Assembly: GCA_964247055.1 (NCBI GenBank)
Contig: OZ176051.1
Coordinates: 9,920,001-9,984,000 of the forward strand
Source of the DNA: Paragordius varius
Lineage: Eukaryota > Animalia > Nematomorpha
DNA length: 64,000 bases
Direction: 5' to 3'
Shown here one piece after another: positions 38,091-51,220 of the stretch. The notes under the pieces were generated by a model that saw nothing but the letters and a program-made list of their open reading frames with translations, had not been told where the DNA came from and ran no database searches. Made by a program: the position numbers and the translations under genes. Positions within the stretch are counted from its first letter, which is position 1, and each line of letters starts with the position of its first letter.

Positions 38091-41007
38091 ATATAATTAT
38101 TAAGTATGACAAGAGAAATGCAAATGGAAGTACAAAAGTAATATAAAAAATTATCACAAAATCTCGGATTAGTGTTAATTTAAAAAAACTTCATTTTAGA
38201 AGGGGCTAAACATTTTTATGTCCTTCAAAAAAATTATAAAAAAATTTTGGATAGTGTGCGGAATTTTTGCACCACAAAGTAATATTTTTTTATACATGTA
38301 AACCAAATCCAAAACCAAAAGTACCATGAAAATTCTGAATTTTATTTTATCAGAAATTAAATATTTTATGTGTGTAACTAATATTTATTCATAAAATTAC
38401 TAAATTTTAAAATATTTATTAAATACTAATAATATGCTTTAGCGATTTAGTAAAAATGTATCAGGGCAAAAAGTTTAAAAAGTTTTTTGGAACTTATTGC
38501 ATAAACATGTTTTCCGAAAAACCATAGAATGATGATTATATTTGAAGGCTTAGAAAGCTAATCTAGAGGATTTTAAAGTGGTTAATTGCTTTTAAAATTA
38601 ATATATTTTATGTTATATGTCATTTTTGATCCCATAACTTTTTAATAATAATCTTTTGAATAAATCTTTATAAATATTGGGGGCAGACAATATCAGTAGA
38701 TGGTTTATACGTTGAATCCTATAAAATCGCGGTCGATGCCGAACATTAGCAGTTCATCCTCATGGTAGTTATTTCTTACGATCTTGCTATATCTTTGTAT
38801 AACATTCAGATCAAATTCACCCTTAAAAAATTCATATTTGCCCTACAATTCATATTTACTCCTAAACATTTTTAATTCACCCTAAAATTATGCTTTTTGG
38901 GCTAACATTCATTCTTAATATCAAATATTTCTATAATGACATATTTTATTATTTTTTCTGTATTAAAATAAAAATATATATGCAGTTAATTATTTACATT
39001 TAAAAACACATAATTTAATAGGGTGAATTTGAAATGTTAAAGGGGGAATTGAATTATTTTACACGAAGGTTTGAGGTGTCCATATTGAATTGGATTTATT
39101 ACATTGCACATTGCATTTTCCGGCCCCAAAAACGTTTTCCCAGTCATTTGGAATATCTTTTCTGCATTAAAACGAATTCCCTGTAAAAACATTTTCCAAG
39201 CAATCGAAAATTAAAACATTTATCCAAACAAACCCGATCCGAGTTATAACAATTCCCCAATTAATGAAATAAAAGATAACTAAACAAGAAAAAAGTAATA
39301 CATTATACCAATATTTTTGTAATAACAATTGATTTGGAAATGAAAAAAGTCAATAAAATCTATATATTTATAAAAATGGAAAATGCTGGCTTTGTGATCT
39401 GGTACAGGAAAACCGGTAGACCCAATCAAATCCAAATATCGAAAAAATATAATCATTAATAAATGTCCCGACAATAGCTTCGCCGTTTTTTTGAAATAGG
39501 CTCCCAGTTCGGGCCCACCCCGTATGAAAAACGGGTTTTTTTTGAAAACAGAAGTCCACAAAATCGTGTTTTTGAGACAATTTTCCGGAGAACGTGTTGG
39601 ACCATTCAATTTCAAATATAATTTTTGTTTACTTATTTTCGATTGCGCCGAACATAGTCGAGCCACTTTTTTGATTTAGGCCCTCTTTTTACCCGCTCCC
39701 CCCGTAAAATGCCATTTTTTTCAAAAAACAAAGTCCACAAAAATAATTTTTTAAATCGATTTTTCGTCCTAGGTATGAGACCTTAAAAATTCAATAAAGA
39801 TTCCACGTATTCCCTGTTAAAAGGCAAAAATTTTAGTCCACCGTTTATTTGATGATAGCTGCTGGGTAAGGAGCTAACCCGCTAAAAACTGATTTTTCAT
39901 ATAACTTTGTGATCTGTTTCCGGAAAAGCGGTGAACCCATTCAAATCCAAACATCGAAAAAATATAATCATTAATGAATGCCCCGACAATAGCTTCGCCA
40001 TTTTTTGGAATTAGGTCCCCAGTTTGGGCCCACCCCGTGTGAAAAATGGGTTAAGTCAATTTTTTGGAGAACGTGTTGGACCATTCAATTTCAAATATGA
40101 TTTTTATTTACTTATTTTCGATTGCGCCGAACATAGTCGAGTCACTTTTTTGATTTAGGCCCTCGTTTTACCCGCTCCCCCCGTAAAATGCCATTTTTTT
40201 CAAAAAAAACAAAGTCCACAAAAATATTTTTTTGATTGTATTTTTTTGCCCACGGTATGAGACTGTAAAAATTGGAGAAAGATTTTTCGTATTGCCTGTT
40301 AAAAGGCAAAAATTTTAGTCAAGCGTTTCTTTGATGATAGATGCTGAGTAAGGAGTATCTATCATATGCATAGCATGTTAAAAGATATATGGATATTAAT
40401 ACATTATTTATCCTCATCTATATATTTATAAAAATGGAAAATGCTGGCTTTGTGATCTGGTACAGGAAAACCGGTAGACCCAATCAAATCCAAATATCGA
40501 AAAAATATAATCATTAATGAATGCCCCGACAATAGCTTCGCCCTTTTTTTCAAATAGGGCCCCAGTTCGGGCCCACCCCGTATGAAAAACGGGTTTTTTT
40601 TGAAAACAGAAGTCCACAAAATCGTGTTTTTGAGACAATTTTCCGGAGAACGTGTTGGACCATTCAATTTCAAATATGATTTATGTTTATTTATTTTCGA
40701 TTGCGCCGAACATAGTCGAGTCACTTTTTTGATTTAGGCCCTCTTTTTACCCGCTCCCCCTGTAAAATGCCATTTTTTTCAAAAAAACCCACAAAATTAT
40801 TTTTTTGATTGTATTTTTTTGCCCACGGTATGAGACTGTAAAAATTCGAGAAAGATTTTTCGTATTGCCTGTTAAAAGGCAAACATTTTAGTCAAGCGTT
40901 TCTTTGATGATAGATGCTGAGTAAAGAGTATCTATCATATGTATAGCATGTTAAAAGATATATGGATATTAATACATTATTTATGGTAATCTATATATTC
41001 TATATAT

Positions 41008-43744
41008 CAGGGGTGGCCACACTTTTTTTGTCGCGAGCTTTTTTTTGGCTTTTTTGTTAAAAAAAGAGTTCGCGGTCACCCAGAAATATTTATCAAAAAA
41101 ACTCAATCAACACTTTAAATGATGTATATACCTGCTTTACAGATTAGAGTGACTTGTTTAAACCATTTTAAAATTGTAATTTTTTTATCTATCAACCAAA
41201 TACAAAAATAATTTTAATAAAAAGACAACGGGTTATTAACTACCTTAATTTTTTAACCAACATAAAACACTTCAAAATTTTTATTTATTAAATTTCTATT
41301 ATATGAAATTTTACAATATAAAAATTTAAACAATGCATTTGAAATTACAGGGGAGAATACATTATGATACAAAAAATAAAAGAAATAAAAAATAGCATTC
41401 CAATTTAGAACCATAATTTGAACATAAATAAGAGTACATTAAAATTGTATCAGTTTTAATTCTATCCACATATTTTTTAGTAAATCGGCTTTTTCCTAAG
41501 CGAAAATACAACTCGATAAACATCCATATTTAATAAAGAAAAAAATATTTAAAACGCCCGACTGCGAAAAAATTCAGAAAGTTTATCTAAATTAGGTTCA
41601 AATGAAGTCAAAGCAATTCTCAAACATGATTCTAAATATTTATTAGTTAATTGTGACCTCTGTTTAGTTTTGATAGCATTCATAATTGAAAAAGCCGATT
41701 CACATAAATATGTGGATCCAAAAAAAGAATTGAATAATGCAGCGGTTTTCCAAATATGGGGGTATTTATCTTTATTTATAAATTTATATATATCTGATCC
41801 TAATGATTTTAGATGGATATCGCATTTAACATTTATTAATTCCTCTTCCAACTCTGCTAAATTTGGTACACCAAGAAAGTGGCTTCTGAGCAATATATTC
41901 AACATTATTATTATTATTATTATTAAATGGGCATGATAAAAAAATAGCGATGTCTTCAAGTTTATTTATAGCTGAAAATCGTTTTTCAAAATCATTAATA
42001 AGCAGACCAATATCATCTGCATATTTTTCAAAAGAGAGATTCTCTATTTTTTCAGACACCGCTGCCAGATTAAAAAAATGTTTTAAATCTCGGTTTTTTA
42101 ATTGTGTTTCTACTACTGTTAGTGTTTCCTTAAAAGATTTTAAAGCACCCATCATATCCATTATTGTTTTATCTTTTCCTTGTAATTGGATGTTTAATTT
42201 ATGCAATTTTTCTGTGATATCGCATAAAAATGCAAGATCAAGCAGCCAATCTTGATCTTTCAATTCAGGGTATGAAAATTTAGAATTCTCTAAAAAAATT
42301 TCTATTTGTGGTAAAAGTTGCCTAAATCTAATTAAAAATGCGGCACGACTCAACCACCTTACATCAGTATGTAATAAAAGTTCTCCATATTCCACGCCGC
42401 ACTCATTTAACAAAATTCGAAATTGGCGGCGGGACAAGCTTTTTGTTCGAATGGCGTTAACAATTTTAAAACAGGGGTTCATTACATGATGGTATTTTAA
42501 AAATTTTGAACATAAAATTTGATTATGGATTATACAATGGTAATCAATGAACTTGGGAAATGCACTGTGATTTTTACATAAAGCGATAAAGCCGTTGTTA
42601 ACGCCAATCATAGCTGGAGCTCCATCAGTAGTTATAGATGCGAGTTTTACGATGGGAAGTTTCGTATCTGTGATAAATTTATAAAAAGAATCAAAAATAT
42701 CCTGCTCTCTGGTTCGTTCGTGGAGAGGTATTATAGTTAATAATTCCTCCTTTGCAGATAAATTACTAAATATCATACGAATAAAAATGCATAATTGGGC
42801 GATTCCAACATAATCGGTGGACTCATCGAGTTGCAAGGAAAAAAAATACAGTTATTAATATTTTCATGTAAAATTTCATCAAGATTATTACTAATATCTT
42901 CAGCCCTGCGCATAACGGTATTTCTCGATAAGCTTATGCTTTTAATAGCTGTCATAATATTATTTTTGTTATCAAAATTTTCAAATAAAGTATCACAGCG
43001 CTAATAAAGGCCTCTTTAAATATTTCACCATCTTGGAATGGCTTATTGTTCCGAATGAGTATTTCCGCTACCTTGAATGAAGCAATCGTAGCATTTTTAT
43101 AGTCTTTGTTGTATTTAAGTATGTCATTTTGTGAGGCGGATAATTGTTCTTTTAATTCCTTTAGTTTAATGTTGCGTTCTTGAGTTTGTAAGGGGTAGTT
43201 TTTGGAGTAATGTGGATGCAGAGATCTATAATGTCTTTCAATATTTGACTTTTTGGGCAAAGCAACAGTACTATTGCATATTAGACAGGTGCATGTTTCA
43301 TTTATCATAATAAAAAAGTATTCATGCTCCCAATCTTTCTTGTATCTGTACAACATTTTTTGGCTCATTCTAAAATATAAGTTTTAAAAACCTACTTTTG
43401 GTGTATCAAATCAAATCTAACTTCACGATTATGCTTCTGATTTATGAATAAGCTTTGCTCAAAGTTTTGATATATTCAAGGGAAATGACTGATTTTAAGT
43501 TTTAATGCAAATGCTCCAAAACATATGAATTATAATTAATAAAATAATTTTTTTACACCCTTTCTTAGACGTTTTTTTTAATTTAAACCGTATTTTTTGT
43601 ATTTTAAATTTAAATTCGCTCAGAAGTAGCCAACTATCCGAAAAAAATCAATAAAATTTTTTAAAAAAAAATATTTTCAGGCGGTCACTTTTTGAGTTGT
43701 CGCGGTCACGAAAGTGACCGCGGTCACCTCGTTGGCCACCCCTG
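41008..43744 (-). mobile_element. hAT DNA transposon, Buster/SPIN (GTF2IRD2-like) family, 2737 bp, full length
   Basis: TIR CAGGGGTGGCCA / TGGCCACCCCTG. 8-bp TSD CTATATAT at 41000-41007 and 43745-43752. Subterminal gcggtcac repeats at both ends. Confidence 0.95.
41549..43368 (-). pseudogene. hAT transposase with three frameshifts
   Basis: BED-type finger CLIC...HYRSLH, LQLDESTD, ITTDGAPAM, HCIIH, VRWLSR, FGSTYLCESAFS. Frame changes near 42995, near 42843 (homopolymer) and near 41890 (beside an (AAT)7 run). Confidence 0.9.
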
Positions 43745-46700
43745 CTATATATTTATAAAAATGGAAAATGCTGGCTTTGTGATCTGGTACAGGAAAACCG
43801 GTAGACCCAATCAAATCCAAATATCGAAAAAATATAATCATTAATAAATGTCCCGACAATAGCTTCGCCGTTTTTTTGAAATAGGCTCCCAGTTCGGGCC
43901 CACCCCGTATGAAAAACGGGTTTTTTTGAAAACAGAAGTCCACAAAATCGTGTTTTTGAGACAATTTTCCGGAGAACGTGTTGGACCATTCAATTTCAAA
44001 TATAATTTTTGTTTACTTATTTTCGATTGCGCCGAACATAGTCGAGCCACTTTTTTGATTTAGGCCCTCTTTTTACCCGCTCCCCCCGTAAAATGCCATT
44101 TTTTTCAAAAAACAAAGTCCACAAAAATAATTTTTTAAATCGATTTTTCGTCCTAGGTATGAGACCTTAAAAATTCAATAAAGATTCCACGTATTCCCTG
44201 TTAAAAGGCAAAAATTTTAGTCCACCGTTTATTTGATGATAGCTGCTGTGTAAGGAGCTAACCCGCTAAAAACTGATTTTTCATATAACTTTGTGATCTG
44301 TTTCCGGAAAAGCGGTGAACCCATTCAAATCCAAACATCGAAAAAATATAATCATTAATGAATGCCCCGACAATAGCTTCGCCATTTTTTGGAATTAGGT
44401 CCCCAGTTTGGGCCCACCCCGTGTGAAAAATGGGTTAAGTTAATTTTTTGGAGAACGTGTTGGACCATTCAATTTCAAATATGATTTTTATTTACTTATT
44501 TTCGATTGCGCCGAACATAGTCGAGTCACTTTTTTGATTTAGGCCCTCTTTTTACCCGCTCCCCCCGTAAAATGCCATTTTTTTCAAAAAAAACAAAGTC
44601 CACAAAAATATTTTTTTGATTGTATTTTTTTGCCCACGGTATGAGACTGTAAAAATTCGAGAAAGATTTTTCGTATTGCCTGTTAAAAGGCAAAAATTTT
44701 AGTCAAGCGTTTCTTTGATGATAGATGCTGAGTAAGGAGTATCTATCATATGCATAGCATGTTAAAAGATATATGGATATTAATACATTATTTATCCTCA
44801 TCTATATATTTATAAAAATGGAAAATGCTGGCTTTGTGATCTGGTACAGGAAAACCGGTAGACCCAATCAAATCCAAATATCGAAAAAATATAATCATTA
44901 ATAAATGTCCCGACAATAGCTTCGCCGTTTTTTTGAAATAGGCTCCCAGTTCGGGCCCACCCCGTATGAAAAACGGGTTTTTTTTGAAAATGAGACCTTA
45001 AAAATTCAATAAAGATTCCACGTATTCCCTGTTAAAAGGCAAAAATTTTAGTCCACCGTTTATTTGATGATAGCTGCTGGGTAAGGAGCTACCCGCTAAA
45101 AACTGATTTTTCATATAACTTTGTGATCTGTTTCCGGAAAACCGGTGAACCCATTCAAATCCAAACATCGAAAAAATATAATCATTAATGAATGCCCCGA
45201 CAATAGCTTCGCCCTTTTTTGGAATTAGGTCCCCAGTTTGGGCCCACCCCGTGTGAAAAATGGGTTAAGTCAATTTTTTGGAGAACGTGTTGGACCATTC
45301 AATTTCAAATATGATTTTTATTTACTTATTTTCGATTGCGCCGAACATAGTCGAGTCACTTTTTTGATTTAGGCCCTCTTTTTACCCGCTCCCCCCGTAA
45401 AATGCCATTTTTTTCAAAAAAAACCCACAAAATTATTTTTTTGATTGTATTTTTTTGCCCACGGTATGAGACTGTAAAAATTCGAGAAAGATTTTTCGTA
45501 TTGCCTGTTAAAAGGCAAAAATTTTAGTCAGGCGTTTCTTTGATGATAGATGCTGAGTAAGGAGTATCTATCATATGCATAGCATGTTAAAAGATATATG
45601 GATATTAATACATTATTTACCTCATCTATATATTTATAAAAATGGAAAATGCTGGCTTTGTGATCTGGTACAGGAAAACCGGTAGACCCAATCAAATCCA
45701 AATATCGAAAAAATATAATCATTAATGAATGCCCCGACAATAGCTTCGCCCTTTTTTTCAAATAGGGCCCCAGTTCGGGCCCACCCCGTATGAAAAACGG
45801 GTTTTTTTTGAAAACAGAAGTCCACAAAATCGTGTTTTTGAGACAATTTTCCGGAGAACGTGTTGGACCATTCAATTTCAAATATGATTTGTGTTTACTT
45901 ATTTTCGATTGCGCTGAACATAGCCGAGCCACTTTTTTGATTTAGGCCCTCTTTTTACCCGCTCCCCCCATGAAATGCCACCTTTTTCAAAAAACAAAGT
46001 CCACAAAAATAATTTTTTAAATCGATTTTTCGCCTTAGGTATGAGACCGTAAAAATTCAATAAAGATTCTACGTATTCCCCGTTAAAAGGCAAAAATTTT
46101 AGTCTACCGTTTATTTGATGATAGCTGCTGGGTAAGGAGCTACCCGCTAAAAACTGATTTTTCATATAACTTTGTGATCTGTTTCCGGAAAACCGGTGAA
46201 CCCATTCAAATCCAAACATCGAAAAAATTTAATCATTAATGAATGCCCCGACAATAGCTTCGCCCTTTTTTGGAATTAGGTCCCCAGTTTGGGCCGACCC
46301 CGTGTGAAAAATGGGTTAAGTCAATTTTTTGGAGAACGTGTTGGGCCATTCAATTTCAAATATGATTTTTATTTACTTATTTTTGATCGCGCCGAACATA
46401 GTCGGCCCGCTTTTTTTATTTAGGCCCTCTTTATACCCGCTACCCCCGTAAAATGCCACTTTTTTCAAAAAAACAAAGTCCACAAAAATAATTTTTTAAA
46501 TCTATTTTCCCCCCAAGTAAACAATAAATTAGTATGAATGCACCGTTTTAAGATTCCTATGATATCATCGCTATTAAATAATGTTTCGAAATAATCCACA
46601 TATGTAGATCAATTTATTGTCTCTTTCAAATAAACCCCCCCCCCCCCCCCCAGAAGTCCGAAGGACTTCCTCGGGCTGCGTAGCAGCACGAGATTTACGC

Positions 46701-47553
46701 TAGTATGTTAATAAAAATAATATCATATGGACTGATATATCTCCTCTTTTTACATTTTACTTCAAAAATGATAATTTATTGATTGGGAATTTTTTTCGAT
46801 TGACTAGGATATCATATTATTTTTGCGGTTTCGTTAGACAAGGAAAACGTCTTCAGATTGCAAAATAATTATACTATTTTAGTAAAGTTATATCGAGATA
46901 TTTCAAGAAATTAAAATCGGAAACATTTTTGGTCACATTATTTATAAACGTTGGGATGAAATGGTTTCAAAGTCATTGAATTTGCCAAAAAAATTGGTTT
47001 TCTTTCCAAAACTTTTTGAATAAATGGTTTTCGGTTACTTTTTTTAATTTTAATTTAAAAATCCAAAAAATAAAACAATATCTAAAGAAAATTTTTATTT
47101 TTTGGGAGTGTTTAAAACCACGGTTCTGGTTATCATCTCGAAAATATGCCATTCCCTGTGCTTTTAAAAATTTAATTTTGTTAATAATATTATATAATAA
47201 AATACTTAATTTATTTATGTTAAAATGTTAATTTTTAAGGATGTTACTTACGCGTTGTAATTTTATGTCAACTCTCACTTTTATTAAATATTAGAGCGCC
47301 TTTCACTGTATGCTCATTTATGATGTTCGCTTCACATTTTTTTTAACCAATTGATAACACAGTATTGTATGGGTAAAAGCAAAAAAAATGTTAAAAATTA
47401 ACAACTTTTTCCTTTCTCACTACATTTATTTGTTAATTTAATTATTGTGGACAAAATTTGTTTCTCACACACGCTCCACTACGGTATATCAATTGGCCAA
47501 CAATAATGTGAACAGGCCAACATAAATATATATACTGTAAAGGGTATTATATA

Positions 47554-47751
47554 CAGTATGAGTAAATATATATTGCTACAAAGTTATTAATTATTGCCAA
47601 AAAAGCTTATGAAGCAAAGATAATTAATTATTATTCACTAAGAATAGTAAAAAGCGAAAATAACTATAAACCAATAATATTGCTCTTTGTTGCATATATT
47701 ATTCGGCAATAATTAATAATTTTCTAGCAATGCATACTATAACTCATACTG
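47554..47751. mobile_element. 198-bp Tc1/mariner-type MITE
   Basis: TA|CAGTATGAGT ... ACTCATACTG|TA, with imperfect inverted similarity continuing inward. Confidence 0.75.
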
Positions 47752-48065
47752 TATATTACAAACTTGGTGTATAAGCTTATTATAAAAAGATGGCGTCTTT
47801 CTTTTATCAAGTATTAAATTTATTACCTTTAATAAATATTATAAAAAATCAGATTAATTTGCAGCAAATAGTTCTACTTATAATATAATCAACTACAACC
47901 TATTAAAAATTACTATTCAAAATATATAATATAATAATATTTCTGCGACCTTGCAATTGACAAATCATTTTTATCATGTTACTGGAATTTGATGAAATTA
48001 TGCACTACCATATGAATTCTCCTGATTTTATACAACTCTGATTCCAGATTTTTACCTTTTCTGTG

Positions 48066-48450
48066 TGGATTAATACCATTTATTAAATGAATAAATACCA
48101 TTATCAAATTTAACCTTTTTTGTATAAGAAAACGGTGCCGGAAACGCGGTTTTAAAATATTTGTTTGAAATTACCATCAACCTTTTATATTAATTGACCT
48201 AATCTCAACCATTAGTTTTCTTAATATGACCAGAAAAATATAAATCGATTATAGTATTATCTATGGATTAATACCAATAATTAAATGAATAAATACCATT
48301 TATTAGATGAAATAAATACTATACCTAATTTAACTTTTTTCGTATGTTTAAACGGCGCCGGAACCGCAGTTTTACAATATTTGTTTAATTTTACCATTAA
48401 TCTTTTATTTTATCTAAACCATTAAATTTTTTTAATATGGCCGGAAAAAT
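48066..48450 (+). repeat. Diverged tandem duplication of ~190-200 bp
   Basis: tggattaatacca..ttaaatgaataaataccatt...aaacgg(t/c)gccggaa(a/c)cgc(g/a)gtttta(a/c)aatatttgttt occurs twice. Confidence 0.75.
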
Positions 48451-49429
48451 TTTTATGGTCTCAATATAACTGTGGTTAACCTACCCTATATAAAATATTG
48501 AAACAACCTAAAAAATTTAAACGGATTAAAATCGACTGAAAAAAAGAGCTGAAACGCAGCAATTCTGTTTGTCTTGAAAACGAAAATTGTGTCAAACTAT
48601 GACACCGGATCATAGACAAAAAATTACTAGGCTTGAAAAAATAGTCCGAATAATAAAATATTTGAAATCATTCTGTCCTTGTTATAATAAAGTATGTTAA
48701 AAGTTATTCTTGATTTAATTTAGCCGGGATCAGAATTCTACTTTATTCTGTACAATAATTATCGCATAAATTTTTGTAAATGTAATTTTGAATGACTTAT
48801 AACAATTTGACTCTAGATATCCTTAAAATAAAGAACGTTAATCTTTTCTTCGATCTTTATACCAAGAATATTTATATCAAAAATATTTTTGATACATAAT
48901 TTTTTCTTTTGCAGTATAATAGAAATGTGTTTAATAAACTTAATTTTTAAATTAAACTTCATCTAATAAAAAGCAGTGTCAAAATAAATTGCTAAAAAGT
49001 GCACAACCATAAAACCTTTAATATTATATTGAAATGTCTAAAAGGCAAAAATTATCGACAAGTATAAAAATATAGTTTTTTAACAAGGTTTTATATCAAA
49101 TACATAAATGGTATGATTTATTAAAAAAATTTTTTATTTTTTTTATTTTATTCACTGATTCGAATCATGATTTAATTAAAAACGCTTTGCGGCGAAAGTG
49201 TGGCCTTTCTTATTTAAAAGGTAAATTATCCATAAAAAATGCTAATGTTATTTAGATCATCATGAAAAAGTATTCAAGACTTCTTTCAGAATATACAGTC
49301 CAAATAGTCGATTTGTTATAAATCTATTCGATACAAATAAATTTGATGATTGCTAATTTATTTAAAGCTATATCACATAAATATATTAGTAAACCATATA
49401 TAATGGAATGTGAACAAAACTTTAAATTG

Positions 49430-51141
49430 CTAATGATCCCGTTCATACTTCTTTTTCGTAAGCGTGTATCGTTCCATATACTAAAAAATTTTAAAATAAA
49501 AAAAAATATTTTCATAAAACTATGTTTAATCCTCAGATTAAACTAGGAACTTGATAATTTTTCATAAAAATCACTGCCAATTTTTTTATAATATATATAT
49601 ATAAAGATTAAGGCACATATATAAAATTAAGAAACAATCAACTGAAAATCAAATACAAAAATTTTAAAACAAAGTAATCAATAAGTTTATAAGTCAATGT
49701 TTTAGCGATCCAATAATTCCAGAAAAAAATTTAAAAAGCAAATATTTTTACAATTATATATTAATCCAAAAATTTTCTAATTAATTCCTAAAAAGCCATC
49801 CATATATGCACACTTCAAATTTAAATAAGTTAGATAAAGTTATTAGGGTAATCGCATTAGGGTAGATAATGACTTTAAAGGGTATTTGTTGTTAATATTG
49901 AATCATTATTGTATCATTTAAAGCGAAATTTATTAAAATGTTATTTATGTAATTTAGAATAAAAAAATTCGAACAATAAGTGAAAATCATTTAGAAAAAC
50001 CTTGTCGTAACCATTAATGTCCTGTAAATCTTTATGTAAAAACTGATTGCCATCGATAGAAAGGAGACATAACGTATCATTTGCAAAGATATCGGAAGGA
50101 ATATTTTCTCGTTTAATTTTATTATGATCGAGCCTTAGTACTTTGAGTCTTGGCGCTTTGGATAAACCGATCGGAATACTTAGAATCTATTATAACATAA
50201 ACAAGATTACCATAATATAAATATGACATTTCAAGTAAGATTGGGTTATTAGATTTATATCATTTATTTTTTAATAAAACATCTATGAATAATTTAAGAG
50301 GTCCATTTTTTGCAAAATAAAAAATAATTTTCCGCATATTTCTTTTACAGAAATAAAAAATATAATTCGTTTTATTTGTTCAATACAATAAATAATAGGT
50401 TATTAAATGGTCAATATTTGATTAAATTAAAAGAAAAACCAAAAATTGTTAAAATAATCTAGATAAGTTTCTACAATATGAAGTGATTTGCCACTTATAA
50501 CCTTTTCCTTTTACTGATGTGTATTATAAAATACAATTCAGGCATAAATAAATCTTAAAAATTTTATCATATTTAAAACCAAAATTTATTACGTTATCAT
50601 ACATTATTATGTTGTAAATCAATATCTGTGCACTGAATCAAGCTTATATTGGACGGGATAGCTTGAATATTATTGTATGATAAATTTAATACATCTAAAT
50701 GTGGCAATGTAACAAGTTGAGAAGGGAATTCAGTTAGATAATTATGGCTTAAAGACACCGTTTTAAGCATGATTAAGGATGCATAAGATAAAGGAATGGT
50801 TGTTAATAAATTGGAATCAGCCATAATAACCTCTAATTTTAATAAATTAGTACATTCGGGTAATTTTTCTAATATAGAGTAACAAGCTAACTTAATTGAC
50901 AGTTTGAAACAGTTAAAGACTTTAATTTAGCGAAAGATCTTAAATCATCCGGCAATTTCAGGCTCTTATTGTTTGATAAATCAATTATGCGGATAGAATC
51001 CGCAACTTTTAATATTTGATATGGAATCTAAAATTTACCATGAATATATTTTTATACCTCTTTAGTTGCAGTATCGGATAAATTTAAACATCCAGTTTTA
51101 CTAACATTTTCACACCTTAGTTTGATCTGTTTATTTCCCAT
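49430..51141 (-). CDS. LRRC57: Leucine-rich repeat protein 57
   Basis: Exons (minus) 51141-51058, 51027-50892, 50868-50603, 50186-50001, 49480-49430. N-terminus MGNKQIKLRCENVSKTG, LRR core, C-terminus LSIDGNQF...INGYDKYMERYTLTKKK. Confidence 0.9.
50869..50891 (-). other. 23-nt GT-AG intron (LRRC57 intron 2)
   Basis: GTTAGCTTGTTACTCTATATTAG. Removal restores the LRR register. Confidence 0.85.
51028..51057 (-). other. 30-nt GT-AG intron (LRRC57 intron 1)
   Basis: GTATAAAAATATATTCATGGTAAATTTTAG, phase 0 with an in-frame TAA. Confidence 0.88.
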
Positions 51142-51220
51142 GTGACAAAAATGCAATCCTGTAAAGAGTCAGTTGTTTCACCTCTTATGCGAAAAAAAGG
51201 CTGGATGGATAGCAAGGGTA
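51142..51220. promoter_or_regulatory. Putative minimal bidirectional promoter/5' UTR region between LRRC57 and SOS
   Basis: The predicted divergent ATGs at 51141 (-) and 51221 (+) are 79 nt apart. The SOS start codon is not certain. Confidence 0.5.

Larger units (their letters stand above)
39359..46703 (+). mobile_element. Non-autonomous Helitron-like element, copy 2, expanded into a higher-order tandem array
   Basis: 5' A|TCTATATATTTATAAAAATGG at 39359, repeated at 40417, 40990, 44801 and 45625. The single 3' end has a C17 run, hairpins AAGTCC-GAA-GGACTT and CTCGgGCTGC-GTA-GCAGCaCGAG, then atttacgCTAG|T at 46703. Confidence 0.85.

Noticed and set aside
39280-46219. Repeated ORFs (MARLCSAQ..., MSQKHDF...) and their counterparts at 3657-5299
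   Set aside because: Chance frames within the Helitron-like monomers. They use alternative starts, are broken by homopolymer indels between copies, and show no recognisable domain.
39359-46703. CRISPR-like or coding tandem array
   Set aside because: Eukaryotic context and 0.5-1 kb units with no short repeat-unique spacer pattern.
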